From the NCBI RefSeq assembly GCF_009914755.1, contig NC_060928.1: a DNA stretch of 64,000 bases; one strand, 5' to 3'. The notes beneath the pieces are model-generated. The model saw only the letters and a list, made by a program, of their open reading frames with translations, was not told the DNA's origin and did not search any database. The DNA comes from the human T2T-CHM13v2.0 reference genome, Homo sapiens. Positions 12,311-29,960 of the stretch are shown here, one piece after another; positions within the stretch are counted from its first letter, which is position 1, and the number at the start of each line of letters is the position of its first letter. The translations under genes and the position numbers were made by a program.

Positions 12311-13774
12311 AAGTATTCCAATTGTTCTTCATATTCTAAAAATTGCCCACAGCACGGAAGAATCGCTGAATACACTCTATGCTCACGATACAAAACTAAG
12401 CTGCTATTTTTAACTCACATTCTGTGGCCGGAGCCTTCACCTCTGGGGGTGCTCATAGGAGAGTTATAGATTCCGGGACTGTTGACAGTTGGCTCCACAC
12501 CAACATTAGAGGCAAAGACCAAGCGGGCATTGGGTCCCCTGTGGTGCCTGCAGTGAGATCAAAAAGGGGCAGCAGTATGAAAGATCACTGACTAATAATT
12601 GAATTTAAAGTGTTGGCAGCAATGAAAGACGCTTTCCCGCCAAGGGCTTCAGATATGAGCAAGCAAGTGTTTAGGCCATTTCACTGTGAAACCCCCCCAC
12701 TCCCAGCCCCAAGTGTGCTGGAGTACCCTGTTTTTATCCTTACTTCACAGGGTACAGTGGCAACTCAGTGTAGGTTCAGGGATATTTTAAGCTAGAAGAG
12801 GAGGGAAAGGAGGAAATCATAGGGATAAGGGACGCAGTAATAGGATCGAAAATTTGTAATTCCATATGGGATAGGAGACTGTTGGAATTGGGGTACTAGA
12901 GGGAGTCAGCTAAAGATATAAAAAGTAGTGGTCAGAGAATGGGATATTTGAAACTGAGATTATAGAGGAGTAAGGGTTTTTAGTAATCATGAGGTCAGAT
13001 TTTGATTATAGCAGTAAATAACTGAGGTAGGTGAAGCATATGGAGGAGTTCAAAGAATAAAGAGGGCTAGGCGTGGGAAGAATCACCTATGCAGATATTG
13101 AAATTGCTAGGAATTCATTAAAAAATACTGTTTATTCACTGATAATTGTTGGCCAAATGGGAGTGGAAAATGTTGATTTTTCTAATTCCACCATTCCTTC
13201 CATTTTTATTAGCTTGAATTATCCTGTGAAGAACTTTGGATATTGTGATGAATGCTGAGCAGGATGACTACTAAAGTCTGTCTTTTTACTTATCAATTTT
13301 CAAAGAAATTGGTTCTATAGTTAGTTCAAATTGTGACAATGACTAGTTTTTTTTTTGGAGGGGGGTGCAGTAAACTTTGCAGGTAGGGGCAGGGAGCTAG
13401 CTCTTTCTGTTAGTGTCAGTGTGAATTTATAGTTTTTCTAGTCAATATCTTTGGTTCAATTGCAGCTGTGACTTTTTTTCTTTTTTTTTTCTTCATTCAA
13501 CAATATTTATTAAGTCTCTTCTTCATGCAAGCCACAGTGCTGGGTGCTGGAGTCACAGAAGTGAACCTGACTAACCATGTCATGCACTAAACATGGGTGC
13601 CTACTTCTGAATTGTATATTACACATCTGAGACATTTCACATTCTAGACACTGGGAGAAGCCATTCCAATGCACAATAACCCTGTCGATAATAGACTCCT
13701 GGCAACTGAGGCTTGCTGTTAAACCAATGATATCATAAATTCCAATCCTCAAAAAAAAAAAAAAAAAAGTCCTC

Positions 13775-15383
13775 AAAAATGTCCTGGCCATACTGCCCAA
13801 AGTAATTTATACATTCAATGCTATCTCTCCATCAACCTACCATTGACTTTCTGCACAGATTTAGAAAAAAACTACTTTAAATTTCATATGGATCCAAAAA
13901 AGAGCCCATATAGCCAAGACAATCCTGAGCAAAAAGAACAAAGCTGGAGGCATCATGCTACCTGATTTCAAACTATACTACAAGGCTACAGTAACCAAAA
14001 CAGCATGGCACTGGTACCAAAACAAATATATAGACCAGTGGAACAGAACAGAGGCCTCAGAAATAACACCACACATCTACAACCATCTGATCTTTGACAA
14101 ACCTGACAAAAACAAGCAATGGAGAAAGGATTCCCTATTTAATAAATGGTGTTATGAAAACTGGTTAGCCATATGCAGAAAACTGAAACTGGACCCCTTC
14201 CTTACACCTTTTACAAAAATTAACTCAAGATGGATTAAAGACTTAAACCTAAGACGTAAAACCATGAAAATCCTAGAAGAAAACCTAGGCAATACCATTC
14301 AGGACATAGGCATGGGCAAAGACTTCATGACTAAAACACCAAAAGCAATGGCAACAAAAGCCAAAATTGACAAATGGGATTTAATTAAAATAAAGAGCTT
14401 CTGCACAACAAAAGAAACCATCATCAGAGTGAACAGTCAACCTACAGAATGGGAGAAAATTTTTGCAATCTATTCATCTGACAAAGGGCTAATATCCAGA
14501 ATCTACAAAGAACTTAAACAAATTTACAAGAAAAAAACAACCCCATCAAAAAGTGGGTGATGGATATGAACAGACACTTCTCAAAAGAAGACATTTATGC
14601 AGCCAACGAACATACAAAAAAAGCTCATCACTGGTCATTAGGGAAATGCAAATAAAAACCATGATGAGATGCCATCTCATGCCAGTTAGAATGGTGATCA
14701 TTAAAAAGTCAGGAAACAACAGATGCTGGCAAGGATGTGGAGAAATAGGAATGCTTTTACACTGTTGGTGGGAGTGTAAATTAGTTCAACCATTGTGGAA
14801 GACAGTGTGGCAATTCCTCAAGGATCTAGAAGCAGAAATACCATTTGACCTAGCAATCACATTACTGGGTATATACCCAATGGATTATAAATCATTCTAC
14901 TATAAAGACCCATGCACACATATGTTTACTGTGGCACTGTTCGCAATAGCAAAGACTTGGAACCAACCCAAATGCCCATCAATGATAGACTGGATAAAGA
15001 AATTGTGGCACATATATACCATGGAATACTATGCAATCATAAAAAAGGATGAGTTCATGTCCTTTGCAGGGACATGGATGAAGCTGGAAACCATCATTCT
15101 CAGCAAATTAATGCAGGAACAGAAAACCAAATACCACATGTTCTCACTCATAAGTGGGAGTTGAACAAAGAAAACACATGGACACAGGGAGGGGAACATC
15201 ACACCCTGGGGCCTGTCGGGGGGTGATGGGGCTAGGGGACGGATAGCATTAGGAGAAACACCTAATGTAGATCATGGGTTGATGGGTGCAGCAAACCACC
15301 ATGGCCCATGTATACCTATGTAACAAACCTGCACATTCTCCACATGTATCCCAGAACTTAAAGTATAATTAAAAAAAAAAAAA
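13775..15383 (+). mobile_element. 5'-truncated L1PA6/7-like element (ORF2 C-terminal part, 3' UTR, poly-A)
   Basis: ORFs 13955-14560 and 14553-15164 translate as L1 ORF2 ([17 protein letters not shown]..., HCWWECKLVQPLWK). A-rich TSD ending aaaagt on both sides. Confidence 0.97.
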
Positions 15384-15868
15384 GTTGAGCTAAGATGGAA
15401 CATTTCAAAGTCAGCTTTAGTTATGTTCTTTGGGAATTTCCAAGAGTGCTTATTCTCTGTTGACTATTCTAAGCTTCCGTGACCATGGAGCACTTTTTGG
15501 CAGAGCATTTAGGAGGGTTCTAGTTATGAGAAATTTATCTTTGGAAACAGTCTTTTCATGTCCTCCCAGGGTTCAACCATTTGTGATTCGAATGTTTCCT
15601 TGGCTCCTGTGGGTAAAATTTTCCTGCCCTGAGAATTGAAATTCTCATGGAAACTTTTCTACCATGTTTGTCTTCTTGCGTTTATCAGAATGAGCCAATC
15701 CATAATAGATATCAGTCAGCACAGCAGTTTTAGATACATCCAAATATTATTTCAAAGTTACAGAATTGAACATTCAGGTAGGTCAAATAATTTACCCAAG
15801 ATCACATCATTTTACTTTTTGCCATCTGTGAATATAAGAGTTGCTCCATTGAAAGTCTTCCCAATTTC

Positions 15869-16194
<326 letters not shown>

Positions 16195-17017
16195 TCAGAG
16201 CATCCTAGTGGGAAGTGCCTCTTTCCATTTTACAACAGAGCAGGTCTGACCTGGAGGCCTGAGTATTTTTGTGCAAACTCAACAAAAGCAATGCTCATTC
16301 TTGAAAACTTTTTGATCTCACAAAGGAGCTCTGAGGAGAAGGTGGCTTTTTTGCTTGTTTGTTTTTTAACTTTTCTTGCTTTTGCATCTTGAGTAATGCA
16401 TAAACTGAAATACCAAAGAGGAGAAGAGAAATAGCAGAAAAGTCTATTTCTGAATAACGAACCCACTTTTTTCCACAGCCCCATTGCTGAGACTTGTAGA
16501 CCGGGGAAGATTTCACCTGTGTGATGGAAAATGTAAATCTGAAAGAAGAGTTCTCCTTCACTCCTGCTCGGTGGGAGGCCCTTCCCATGGACCCTTCTTC
16601 CCTGGCAGAGAGAGGGAGAGCCAGAAACATGGCCTTTTAACTTTGTTATCAGCAGTTGGGAGGCTATGGTGAGTTTTGGTTTGGTTTTCAAATGAGTAAT
16701 TACCATCTCTCTAGGCAGGTCAGAGAGAAAGCTGCTTGGGAGTAGGGGAGGGACAGATCAGACATGTTGTCACTACTTCCCAAAGGGCTTGGAAGTCCAT
16801 CAAAACTATTACATTTTCTTAATTTTCCCATGTTTGGCAAGGGGGAGCTGCTTCATATTGGCTTCTGTTCCTTTTATGACATGACTTTATTAATCTTTGA
16901 AAGTCTTCTTGCTTTTTGCCGCAAGATGTCCTAGGGTTATATATTTCTTATCCCTTACTTAGAGTCATCCATTCCTTTAAACTTCAACTTTATTTCATTT
17001 AAAATGTTATGTATTGG

Positions 17018-18050
17018 CAAAAGTTGACAAATGGGTTCTAATTAAACTAAAGAGCTTCTGCACAGCAAAAGAAACTATCATCAGAGTGAACAGACAATCT
17101 ACAGAATGGGAGAAAATTTTTGCAATCTCTCCATCTGACAAAGGTCTAATATCCAGAGTCTATAAGGTACTTAAATTTACAAGAAAAACAAACAAACAAC
17201 CCCACTAAAAGTGGCCATGAACAGACACTTTTCAAAAGAAAACATTCATGTGGCCAACAAACTTATGAAAAAAAGTTCAACATCACTGATCATTAGAGAA
17301 ATGCAAATCAAAACCACAATGAGATACCATCTCACACCAGAATATCATCAGAATGGCCATTATTAAAAGTCAAGAAACAACAGATACTGGCAACATTCCA
17401 AAGAAAAAGGAACACTTTTACACTGTTGGTGAGAGTGTAAGTTAGTTCAACCATTGTGGAAGACAGTGTGTTAACTCCTCAAAGATCCAGAAGCTGAAAT
17501 ACCATTTGACCCAGCAATCCCATTACTGGGTATATACCCAAAGGAATATAAATCATTCTATTATAGAGATACATGCATGCATATGTTCATTGCATCACCA
17601 TTCACAATAGTAAAGACATGGAATCAACCTAAATGCCCATTAATGATAGACTGAATAAAGAAAATGTGGTGCATATACACTGGGGAATACTATACAGCCA
17701 CAAAAAAGAATGAGATCATGTCCTTTGCAGGGACATGGATGCAGATGCAAGCAATTATCCTCAGGAAACTAATGCAGGAACAGAAGACCAAACGCCACAT
17801 GTTCTCATTTATAGGTGTGAGCTGAACCATGAGAAAACATGGACATTTGGAGAGGCATAACACACACTGGGGCCTATAGGTTGGTTACAGGAGAGCATCA
17901 GGAAGAATCGCTAATGCATGCTAGGCTTAATACTTAAGTGATTGAATGACCTGTGCAGCAAACCACCATGGCACATGTTTACCTATGTAACAAACCTGCA
18001 CATCCTGCACATGTACCCTGGAACTTAAAAAAGTTGAAGAAAAAAATGAA
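17018..18050 (+). mobile_element. 5'-truncated older L1PA/PB element (about L1PA13-like 3' UTR)
   Basis: ORF2 remnant [19 protein letters not shown], 3' UTR aggaagaatcgctaatgcatgctaggcttaatac, and degenerate TSD aaaatgttatgtattggca / aaaaagttatttattgaca. Confidence 0.93.
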
Positions 18051-18209
18051 AAAAAGTTATTTATTGACACAATACTATGGAAGCTCATGAATATGAGGCT
18101 ATCATTACTTCTAGAATTTTTATGTGGTCAGATTGGAAATAAATACTTATGAAGATAAAAATCATATATTCATCTACAATTCAAATTTAACATCTCAAAA
18201 ATTTTGCTT

Positions 18210-18355
18210 AGACTGGGTGCAGTGGCTTACACCTATAATCTCAGCACTTTAAGAGCCTGAGGCAGGAGGATCACTCGAGCTCAGAAGTTCAAGACCAGCC
18301 GTGGCAACATAACAAGACTCTTATCTTTAAAAAGAAAGAAACAGAAAAAGAAAAA
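18210..18355 (+). mobile_element. FLAM_C or free left Alu monomer
   Basis: Single monomer with an A-rich tail. TSD-like aaaaatt(tt)gctta on both sides. Confidence 0.85.
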
Positions 18356-18772
18356 AAAATTGCTTATGTTTTTTGAACTTGTATTTGTTTCTTTTTTTGA
18401 TTACACCAAATATCTCAGTTCCTAGCAATATTAACAAAAAAAATTTTGTGTTTTATCTCACCAGGTATATATGATTATTTTTAAATAATTTTACCAATAT
18501 TACTACTAACAGTGAAGTTGAATGAAGTTTTAGAATTCTTTCCACGTCTATGTCTTTTTTTTTTATTATTATACTTTAAGTTTTAGGGTACATGGGCACA
18601 ATGTGCAGGTTAGTTACCTATGTATACATGCGCCATGCTGGTGTGCTGCACCCATTAACTCATCATTTAGCATTAGGTATATCTCCCAAAGCTATCCCTC
18701 CCCCCTCCTCCCACCCCACAACAGTCCCCAGAGTGTGATGTTCCCCTTCCTGTGTCCATGTGTTCTCATTGT

Positions 18773-22585
<3,813 letters not shown>

Positions 22586-22648
22586 TATGATGTTAGCTGG
22601 TTATTTGGCTCATTAGTTGATGCAGTTTCTTCCTAGCCTCGATGGTCT

Positions 22649-23665
22649 TTACAATTTGGCATGATTTTGCAGTGGCTGGTACCGGTTGTTCCTTTCCATG
22701 TTTAGTGCTTCCTTCAGGAGCTCTTTTAGGGGAGGCCTGATGGTGACAAAATCTCTCAGCATTTGCTTGTCTGTAAAGTATTTTATTTCTCCTTCACTTA
22801 TGAAGCTTAGTTTGGCTGGATATGAAATTCTGGGTTGAAAATTCTTTTCTTTAAGAATGTTGAATATTGGCGCCCCCCCTCTCCTGGCTTGTAGAGTTTC
22901 TGCCGAGAGATCCTCTGTTAGTCTGATGGTCTTCCCTTTGTGGGTAACCCGACCTTTCTCTCTGGCTGCCCTTAACATTTTTTCCTTCATTTCAACTTTG
23001 GTGAATCTGACAATTATGTGTCTTGGAGTTGCTCTTCTCGAGGAGTATCTTTGTGGCATTCTCTGTATTTCCTGTATCTGAATGTTGGCCTGCCTTGCTA
23101 GATTGGGGAAGTTCTCCTGGATAATACCCTGCAGATTGTTTTCCAACTTGGTTCCATTCTCCCCGTCACTTTCAGGTACACCAATCCGACATAGATTTGG
23201 TCTTTTCACATAGTCCCATATTTCTTGGAGGCTTTGTTTGTTTCTTTTTATTCTTTTTTCTCTAAACGTCCCTTCTCACTTCATGTCATTCGTTTCATCT
23301 TCCATCACTGATACCCTTTCTTCCAGTTGATCACATCGGCTCCTGAGGCTTCTGCATTCTTCACGTAGTTCTCGAGCCTTGGCTTTCAGCCCCATCAGCT
23401 CCTTTAAGCACCTCTCTGAATTGGTTATTCTAGTTATACATTCATGTAAACTTTTTTCAAAGTTTTCAACTTCTTTGCCTTTGGTTTGAATTTCCTCCTG
23501 TAGCTCGGAGTAGTTTGATCGTCTGAAGCCTTCTTCTCTCAACTCGCCAAAGTCATTCTCCATCCAGCTTTGTTCCGTTGCTGGTGAGGAGCTGCGTTCC
23601 TTTGGAGGAGGAGAGGCACTCTGCTTTTTAGAGTTTCCAGTTTTTCTGCTCTGTTTTTTCCCCAT
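22649..23665 (-). pseudogene. L1 ORF1p (RNA-binding), premature stop
   Basis: MGKKQSRKTGNSK... stops after 129 aa at a TGA (probable CGA>TGA). The same frame continues to ...QPLQNHAKL. Confidence 0.95.
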
Positions 23666-24702
23666 CTTTGTGGTTTTATCTACTTTTGGTCTTTGATGAT
23701 GGTGATGTGCACATGCGTTTTTGGTGTGGATGTGCTTTCTGTTTGTTAGTTTTCCTTCTAACAGACAGGACCCTCAGCTGCAGGTCTGTTGGGGTTTGCT
23801 AGAGGTCCACTCCAGACCCTGTTTGCCTGGGTACCAGCAGCGGTGGCTGCAGAACAGCGGATTTTCATGAACCGTGAATGCTGCTGTCTGATCATTCCTC
23901 TGGAAGTTTTGTCTCAGAGGAGTACCCGGCTGTGTGAGGTGTCAGTCTGCCCCTACTGGGGGGGTGCCTCCCAGTTAGGCTGCTTGGGGGTCAGGGGTCA
24001 GGGACCCACTGGAGGAAGCAGTCTGTCTGTTCTCAGATCTCCAGCTGCATGCTGGGAGAACCACTGCTCTCTTCAAAGCTTTCAGACAGGGACATTTAAG
24101 CCTGCAGAAGTTACTGCTGTCTTTTTGTTTGTCTGTGCCCTGCCCCCAGAGGTGGAGCCTACAGAGGCAGGCAGGCCTCCTTGAGCTGTGATGGGCTCCA
24201 CCCACTTCGAACTTCCTGGCTGCTTTGTTTACCTAAGCAAGCCTGGGCAATGGTGGGTGCCCCTCCCCCAGCCTTGCTGCTGCCTTGCAGTTTGATCTCA
24301 GACTGCTGTGCTAGTAATCAGCGAGACTCCGTGGGCATAGGACCCTCCGAGCCATGTGCGGGATATAATCTCCTGGTGCGCTGTTTTTTAAGCCCATCAG
24401 AAAAGCGCAGTATTCGGGTGGGAGTGACCCGATTTTCCAGGTGCCGTGTGTCACCCCTTTGTTTGACTAGGAAAGGGAACTCCCTGACCCCTTGCACTTC
24501 CCGAGTGAGGCAATGCCTCGCCCTGCTTTGGCTCCCGCACGGTGTGCTGCACCCACTGTCCTGCGCCCACTGTCTGGCACTCCCTAGTGAGATGAACCCA
24601 GTACCTCAGATGGAAATGCAGAAATCACCCGTCTTCTGCACCGCTCACGCTGGGAGCTGTAGACCGGAGCTGTTCCTTTTCGGCCATCTTGACTTCCCCC
24701 CT
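23666..24702 (-). promoter_or_regulatory. L1 5' UTR with internal sense promoter and antisense promoter
   Basis: YY1 box (+ strand ggccatcttg) at the 5' end. Recognisable L1PA 5' UTR with partial CpG decay. Confidence 0.8.
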
Positions 24703-24771
24703 CATGTCTATGTCTTTAAAATATGTGAGTGTAGAACATATATGTCTGTAGAATACACTTTGGATCTATAA
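24250..24771 (+). CDS. L1 antisense ORF0 homolog, open and extended to 173 aa (expression unproven)
   Basis: MVGAPPPALLLPCSLISDCCASNQRDSVGIGPSEP...RVGVTRFSRC matches ORF0. The frame stays open past the L1 5' end to a stop at 24771. Confidence 0.45.
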   Translation: MVGAPPPALLLPCSLISDCCASNQRDSVGIGPSEPCAGYNLLVRCFLSPSEKRSIRVGVTRFSRCRVSPLCLTRKGNSLTPCTSRVRQCLALLWLPHGVLHPLSCAHCLALPSEMNPVPQMEMQKSPVFCTAHAGSCRPELFLFGHLDFPPHVYVFKICECRTYMSVEYTLDL

Positions 24772-24979
24772 TCAAAATAAGTTCTGAAGTCACTTGAAAT
24801 AATCCTTTGCTTTGAGTGATTTTTCTCCAACTTAAAATGCATTTAAACATTCATTTTTAGCATGTTTCCATTTTTAAGTGTTGCTTTTAAAAATTTTTAT
24901 CTTGTGAGTGTGTACCTGAAGTTGAAGCTGTATTACAAAATATGTTCAGGTAAGTCTTACTTCCATCCCTGTCTTATCT

Positions 24980-25950
24980 ACCTTGTTCCCTCCCTCCCTT
25001 ATATGCCATTTATGTCCATTTTTCATTTACCCTTTCAGAATTTCCCTCTGCAAATATACACATATATTTGTATTTCTCCCCCTTTCCTGTACAAAAGTCT
25101 GCATGTCATATATATACTATTCATTTTTACCTTACTTTATTCATTTAATGTATCTTGGAAATCACACCACTTTAGGATATGGAAAATTTTCCTCATTTCT
25201 TTTTATGTCTACAGGGTATTCCACTGTGAGATGTATCATATCATTTGGATTGTAGGGTTTTTTCTTTGCTGTCATTACACATATAAGTAATTGTATTTAT
25301 GTTTATATCTGTAATTGTATGTATATAAAATTCTTTACTCTATCACACAAATAAAACAATGGGTAACCTTTTGCTAATGTTGTTTTTACTTATACTAGTA
25401 TATTCATGAATTATAGTCCTAGAAGTGGGAATGCTGACTCAAAGAGCAAATGAATATTGCAATTGAAAGAATATTGCCAAGCTTCTTTTCATATGGGGAT
25501 ATAACAATTTTTCATTTCTACCAGTGCCATTTGAGTTTGTCTATTTCATAACAGCCTTGCGAGCAGAATATTCTACCAAACATTTAGATTGCTGCCAAGA
25601 TTATAGGTGAGAAATAGTATCTCAATATAGTTAGTTTTAATTTACATTTCTTCTATTAAAGTAAGTTTGAGCTTCTTTAAATAACTTTAAACATCATTAA
25701 ACTCAATTTTTGCTTCTTCTAGTGAACTGCCTAGCATATCTTTTGCTCATTTTTCTATCACTGTTGGTCTCTCTATTTCCTGTTTTTAGTACCTTTTTTA
25801 TATATTAGAAACAATAGCCCTTTGTCTTTAACATAAGCCATAAGGCACAAACATTTTCTTTACAATGTGTGATTTTTCTTTTACTTCATTTATGGCAATT
25901 TTCCATGCACTCTTGTTAAGTAGTCAAACATGTTGACCATTTCTTAAATG
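24980..25950 (-). mobile_element. Old L1M (L1ME-like) 3' fragments
   Basis: cctagaagtgggaatgctgactcaaagagcaaatg...atattgccaa...ataggtgagaaatagtatctc. Confidence 0.65.
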
Positions 25951-26149
25951 AGAGAGCCATGAAATTTTAGCAGTTTTCCTGATAATGATGATGAATTTTG
26001 AATAACTCATCCTATCTTACATAGGCACTATTATAAACAATAAATGATATCTGCAAAAAGGTGAACAACTTTAAAAGTTAGTGACTGTAATGGGATCGTC
26101 ATCCTAACTAAATATCAATTCAACTCCACAGCTTTGACTTGATTCATGT

Positions 26150-26320
26150 TTTTATTCAGCCACACACCGTAAGAGTCATCAGTACCATTCCCCTAATTTT
26201 ACCAGGGTGTAACAGAGGCTCAGAAAAGTGTGGTGGTGTACAGCATTCACCCACTGAGTCAGTAGACATGGCTCTAGGGCTGGAGCACAAGCCCTGAATT
26301 CTTTCTACTTTCACCCCTGG
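26150..26320 (-). mobile_element. MIR fragment
   Basis: cccctaattttaccagggtgtaacagaggctcagaaaagt. Confidence 0.5.
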
Positions 26321-27479
26321 CCTAAGTTAGGGCTCACTGATTTCTGTTTTCACAAATCACCATGGTAATGATAAAGAATTATGTTCTCTTTCTTCTACTT
26401 CTTAATGAGCAAAACTTTTTTGTTGTTGTTGTTTTAATATTGTATCTCTTCTTTGGAAGCCTAGTAAGTATTTGGACTTTTTTTGTTTAAGGGAGAAAAA
26501 GCACAGTTGGGAATCCAAAGACAGCTTTTGCATCCCCTCACTGCACATCTCTCTCCCCACCTGCAGAGAATTGCCACTTAGATACCATCTTCCTCACCTC
26601 AACCTCTTGTAATGTTCCTCACTACCATGTTCCTTCCTCCAGCCTCTCACGGTGTGGTTAACTGTTTCCTCACAATCTCTTCATCTCTAAACTAGACATT
26701 TAAATGTAAGGAGTTTTCATCCTTTCTGCTAAAATTGAATCTTACCATATTGTTTATCTATATTATTATAACTTTTCATTCAGCCACATAAATCTTGCTC
26801 TCAATATTAATTCAATCATATATAAATATTGCTTTCAATAATTAATATGAACACTTTTTAGAACATGTTAAAAGCTGGAAAAGAAAAAGAAAGAAAGCAG
26901 TAAGAAGATAGGGTATTTATACTTTTATCTCTTCTAACCAATGATCAATCAATTCAATGATCCATGCTAGACACACACGCAGCTTCATCTTTCTGATGAC
27001 TTGATACACCCATCCCAATGATCCCACTTTCTTTCTCAACAACATTTGTTTTAACTCCACTTTATCCAATTTTACTTTTTCTCATATTTTCTGATCCAGA
27101 ATTGGCCAAATGAGTTAAAAAACCTAATATCAAATGCATCGATGATTTCTTTACAATGCAGTAAATATTACATGTTTTTAGTTAATAAAAAGGGCCAAAA
27201 CTGCTTCACATGATCTCTTTACTACCTTCATCTTTAATATTTCATAAGGTTGCTTATTCACCACTTTCATAAATAACAAATCTATTCAAACAATGACTCA
27301 TTATTATACAATTTCCTTAAGAATCATACTTTAATCTTAAGAAATCAACTATGTGTTTTGTTAAACATATTTGTGGTATTTATTTCATAACGTAGGAAAG
27401 TGTATTTTAGACAAATTCACCAAATCATTCATTGTATGAAAAAAGTGTCATAAAGTGCTACATTTAAGAAAATATACAT

Positions 27480-27551
27480 GGCAAAACCCCGTCTCTACTA
27501 AAAATACAAAAGTTAGCTGGCCTGGACAACAAAGCGAGACTGTCTAAAAAA
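27480..27551 (+). mobile_element. Mini-Alu (~72 bp; 5'-truncated and internally deleted)
   Basis: ggcaaaaccccgtctctactaaaaatacaaaagttagctgg|cctggacaacaaagcgagactgtct plus an A tail. 14-bp TSD aagaaaat(a/t)tacat. Confidence 0.85.
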
Positions 27552-28211
27552 AAGAAAATTTACATCAGATTTTTTATTGCTATTGAAAATTCACTATACT
27601 GATCCTTCATAGGCTAAATTGTTAAAAGAATCCAAGACTAAAGCAATGAAAACCTTATTCCACATGGAAATATCACTGACCAAAGGAGGTTAGTAAAGAA
27701 GATCAAATTACGTCTACTGAGTCTTTCATAATTGAACATCTAAGTATTCAATAAATATTAACTAGCTAGCTCCAATTAATATCTTAAATTGTAGAATTAC
27801 AAATCAAAGCACAAATTCTAGACAGTAAGAAACTTTAAAAAGACATTCATGGCAATTTTGCAGTATTGAGACATTTTCACAAGTCATCGAACCTTCAGAA
27901 TATTTTTGAACCTGTAATGTCTTGCCTCTCTCTAGGTTGTCAGATGATAAGTTTCTTCTCCTCCTAGCTATTACTTTTTCTCAACTTAGTATCTCTTAAG
28001 GCTAAAAAAACTATTCAGAGCATCATACAAAGTTTCAAAATAAAATATGTTTTACCTAAAATATTCAGCCCCTTGAATCAAGATTGGCTATTTCCTGGAA
28101 TTTTCCTATTACCTCCACTTTTCACTCTATTTTGCTTCTGTAATCATATCTTTAACACATACAAAATCTAACATGTCTTGCAACTAATGCAGAAATTTTA
28201 TAAATCCATGG

Positions 28212-29005
<794 letters not shown>

Positions 29006-29624
29006 AAATAGTTAAACAATAAAACAAACATTAGTTGCCAAGAATCTAAAATCTAGTAATTCATATATACAGTGTGTCAGGTGCCTCAGTCTCCAGTTTC
29101 CACCAGCAGTTTTACTTAACAAATTTACTTTTCGATACTATTTAGTTTTCAAGCTGGATGGCTAATGTAATCCTTCTAATTTTAGAGGCTATTTGGAAAA
29201 TCTTCTCTTATTATCTATAACATGCCTTATCTGTCAGATTGTTTCATTTTGCTTTGTCTGCAAAGAAAAGCTAGACTCAGTTGCCAAGGGCAAATTTGGA
29301 AAAAGATATGTCACCTTGGTCTTTGATGAGTATCATTGGCAATACAAAGAAAAGCAAGTTTCTTACATTGCCTGGTGGGAAAGGAAAAGACGCTCAGACA
29401 ATTACTCTGTTCTCCCAATTTCTGAAACACTGAAAAAAGACCTTGGTCCATAGAAGAACAATATTCCTCAAGAACAAACCTGAACACTTTGGTTGAATTC
29501 TTTGGTAGTCTATATTTTTAGTCACAGATAGTTACTCTCCTGAAGTACAATATATTGCTGAGCCCCAAGAAAAAAAAAATAGCATAAATCACAGAATGTT
29601 CCCAATGCCTGCATCTTAGAATTG

Positions 29625-29960
29625 CTTCATTTATTTGTTCAACAAATGCTTATTGAGCCTCTTTTTTTTTTTTTTTTTTTGACTCAGTCACTGAGTTAGG
29701 TACAGTGAACACATAATCATTTAAGTCCTTTCCTGCTAGTGGATAGAGAAGCCAGAGAAAAATAAATTACAGTGTGGTATTAAAAAGACCCATTACAGAG
29801 ATATGGACAAAATGTTAAGAAAACAAAAAGAATGGACCTAACTCTGCCTGAAAGGACTTAGAAAGACATCACCATATCGGGCTTCCAGGAGGGGACCACT
29901 GAGAGGCTCTTGCAGTGTGAAAGGTGAAGGCTGTAGAGGGGAAATAAGAAAAAGGGGGAA
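29625..29960 (-). mobile_element. L2 fragment
   Basis: cattatttgttcaacaaatgcttattgagc...gggcttccaggaggggacc. Confidence 0.55.

Noticed and set aside
13955-15164. Two ~200-aa ORFs as a host gene
   Set aside because: They are frameshifted L1 ORF2 C-terminal remnants in a 5'-truncated element.
16230-16706. 158-aa minus-strand ORF and acceptor-like ttttccatcacacag near 16518
   Set aside because: There is no recognisable domain, the composition looks non-coding, and the paired donor is weak.
24862-25290. 142-aa hydrophobic ORF
   Set aside because: It is T-rich antisense L1M sequence giving an F/Y/I-biased chance ORF.
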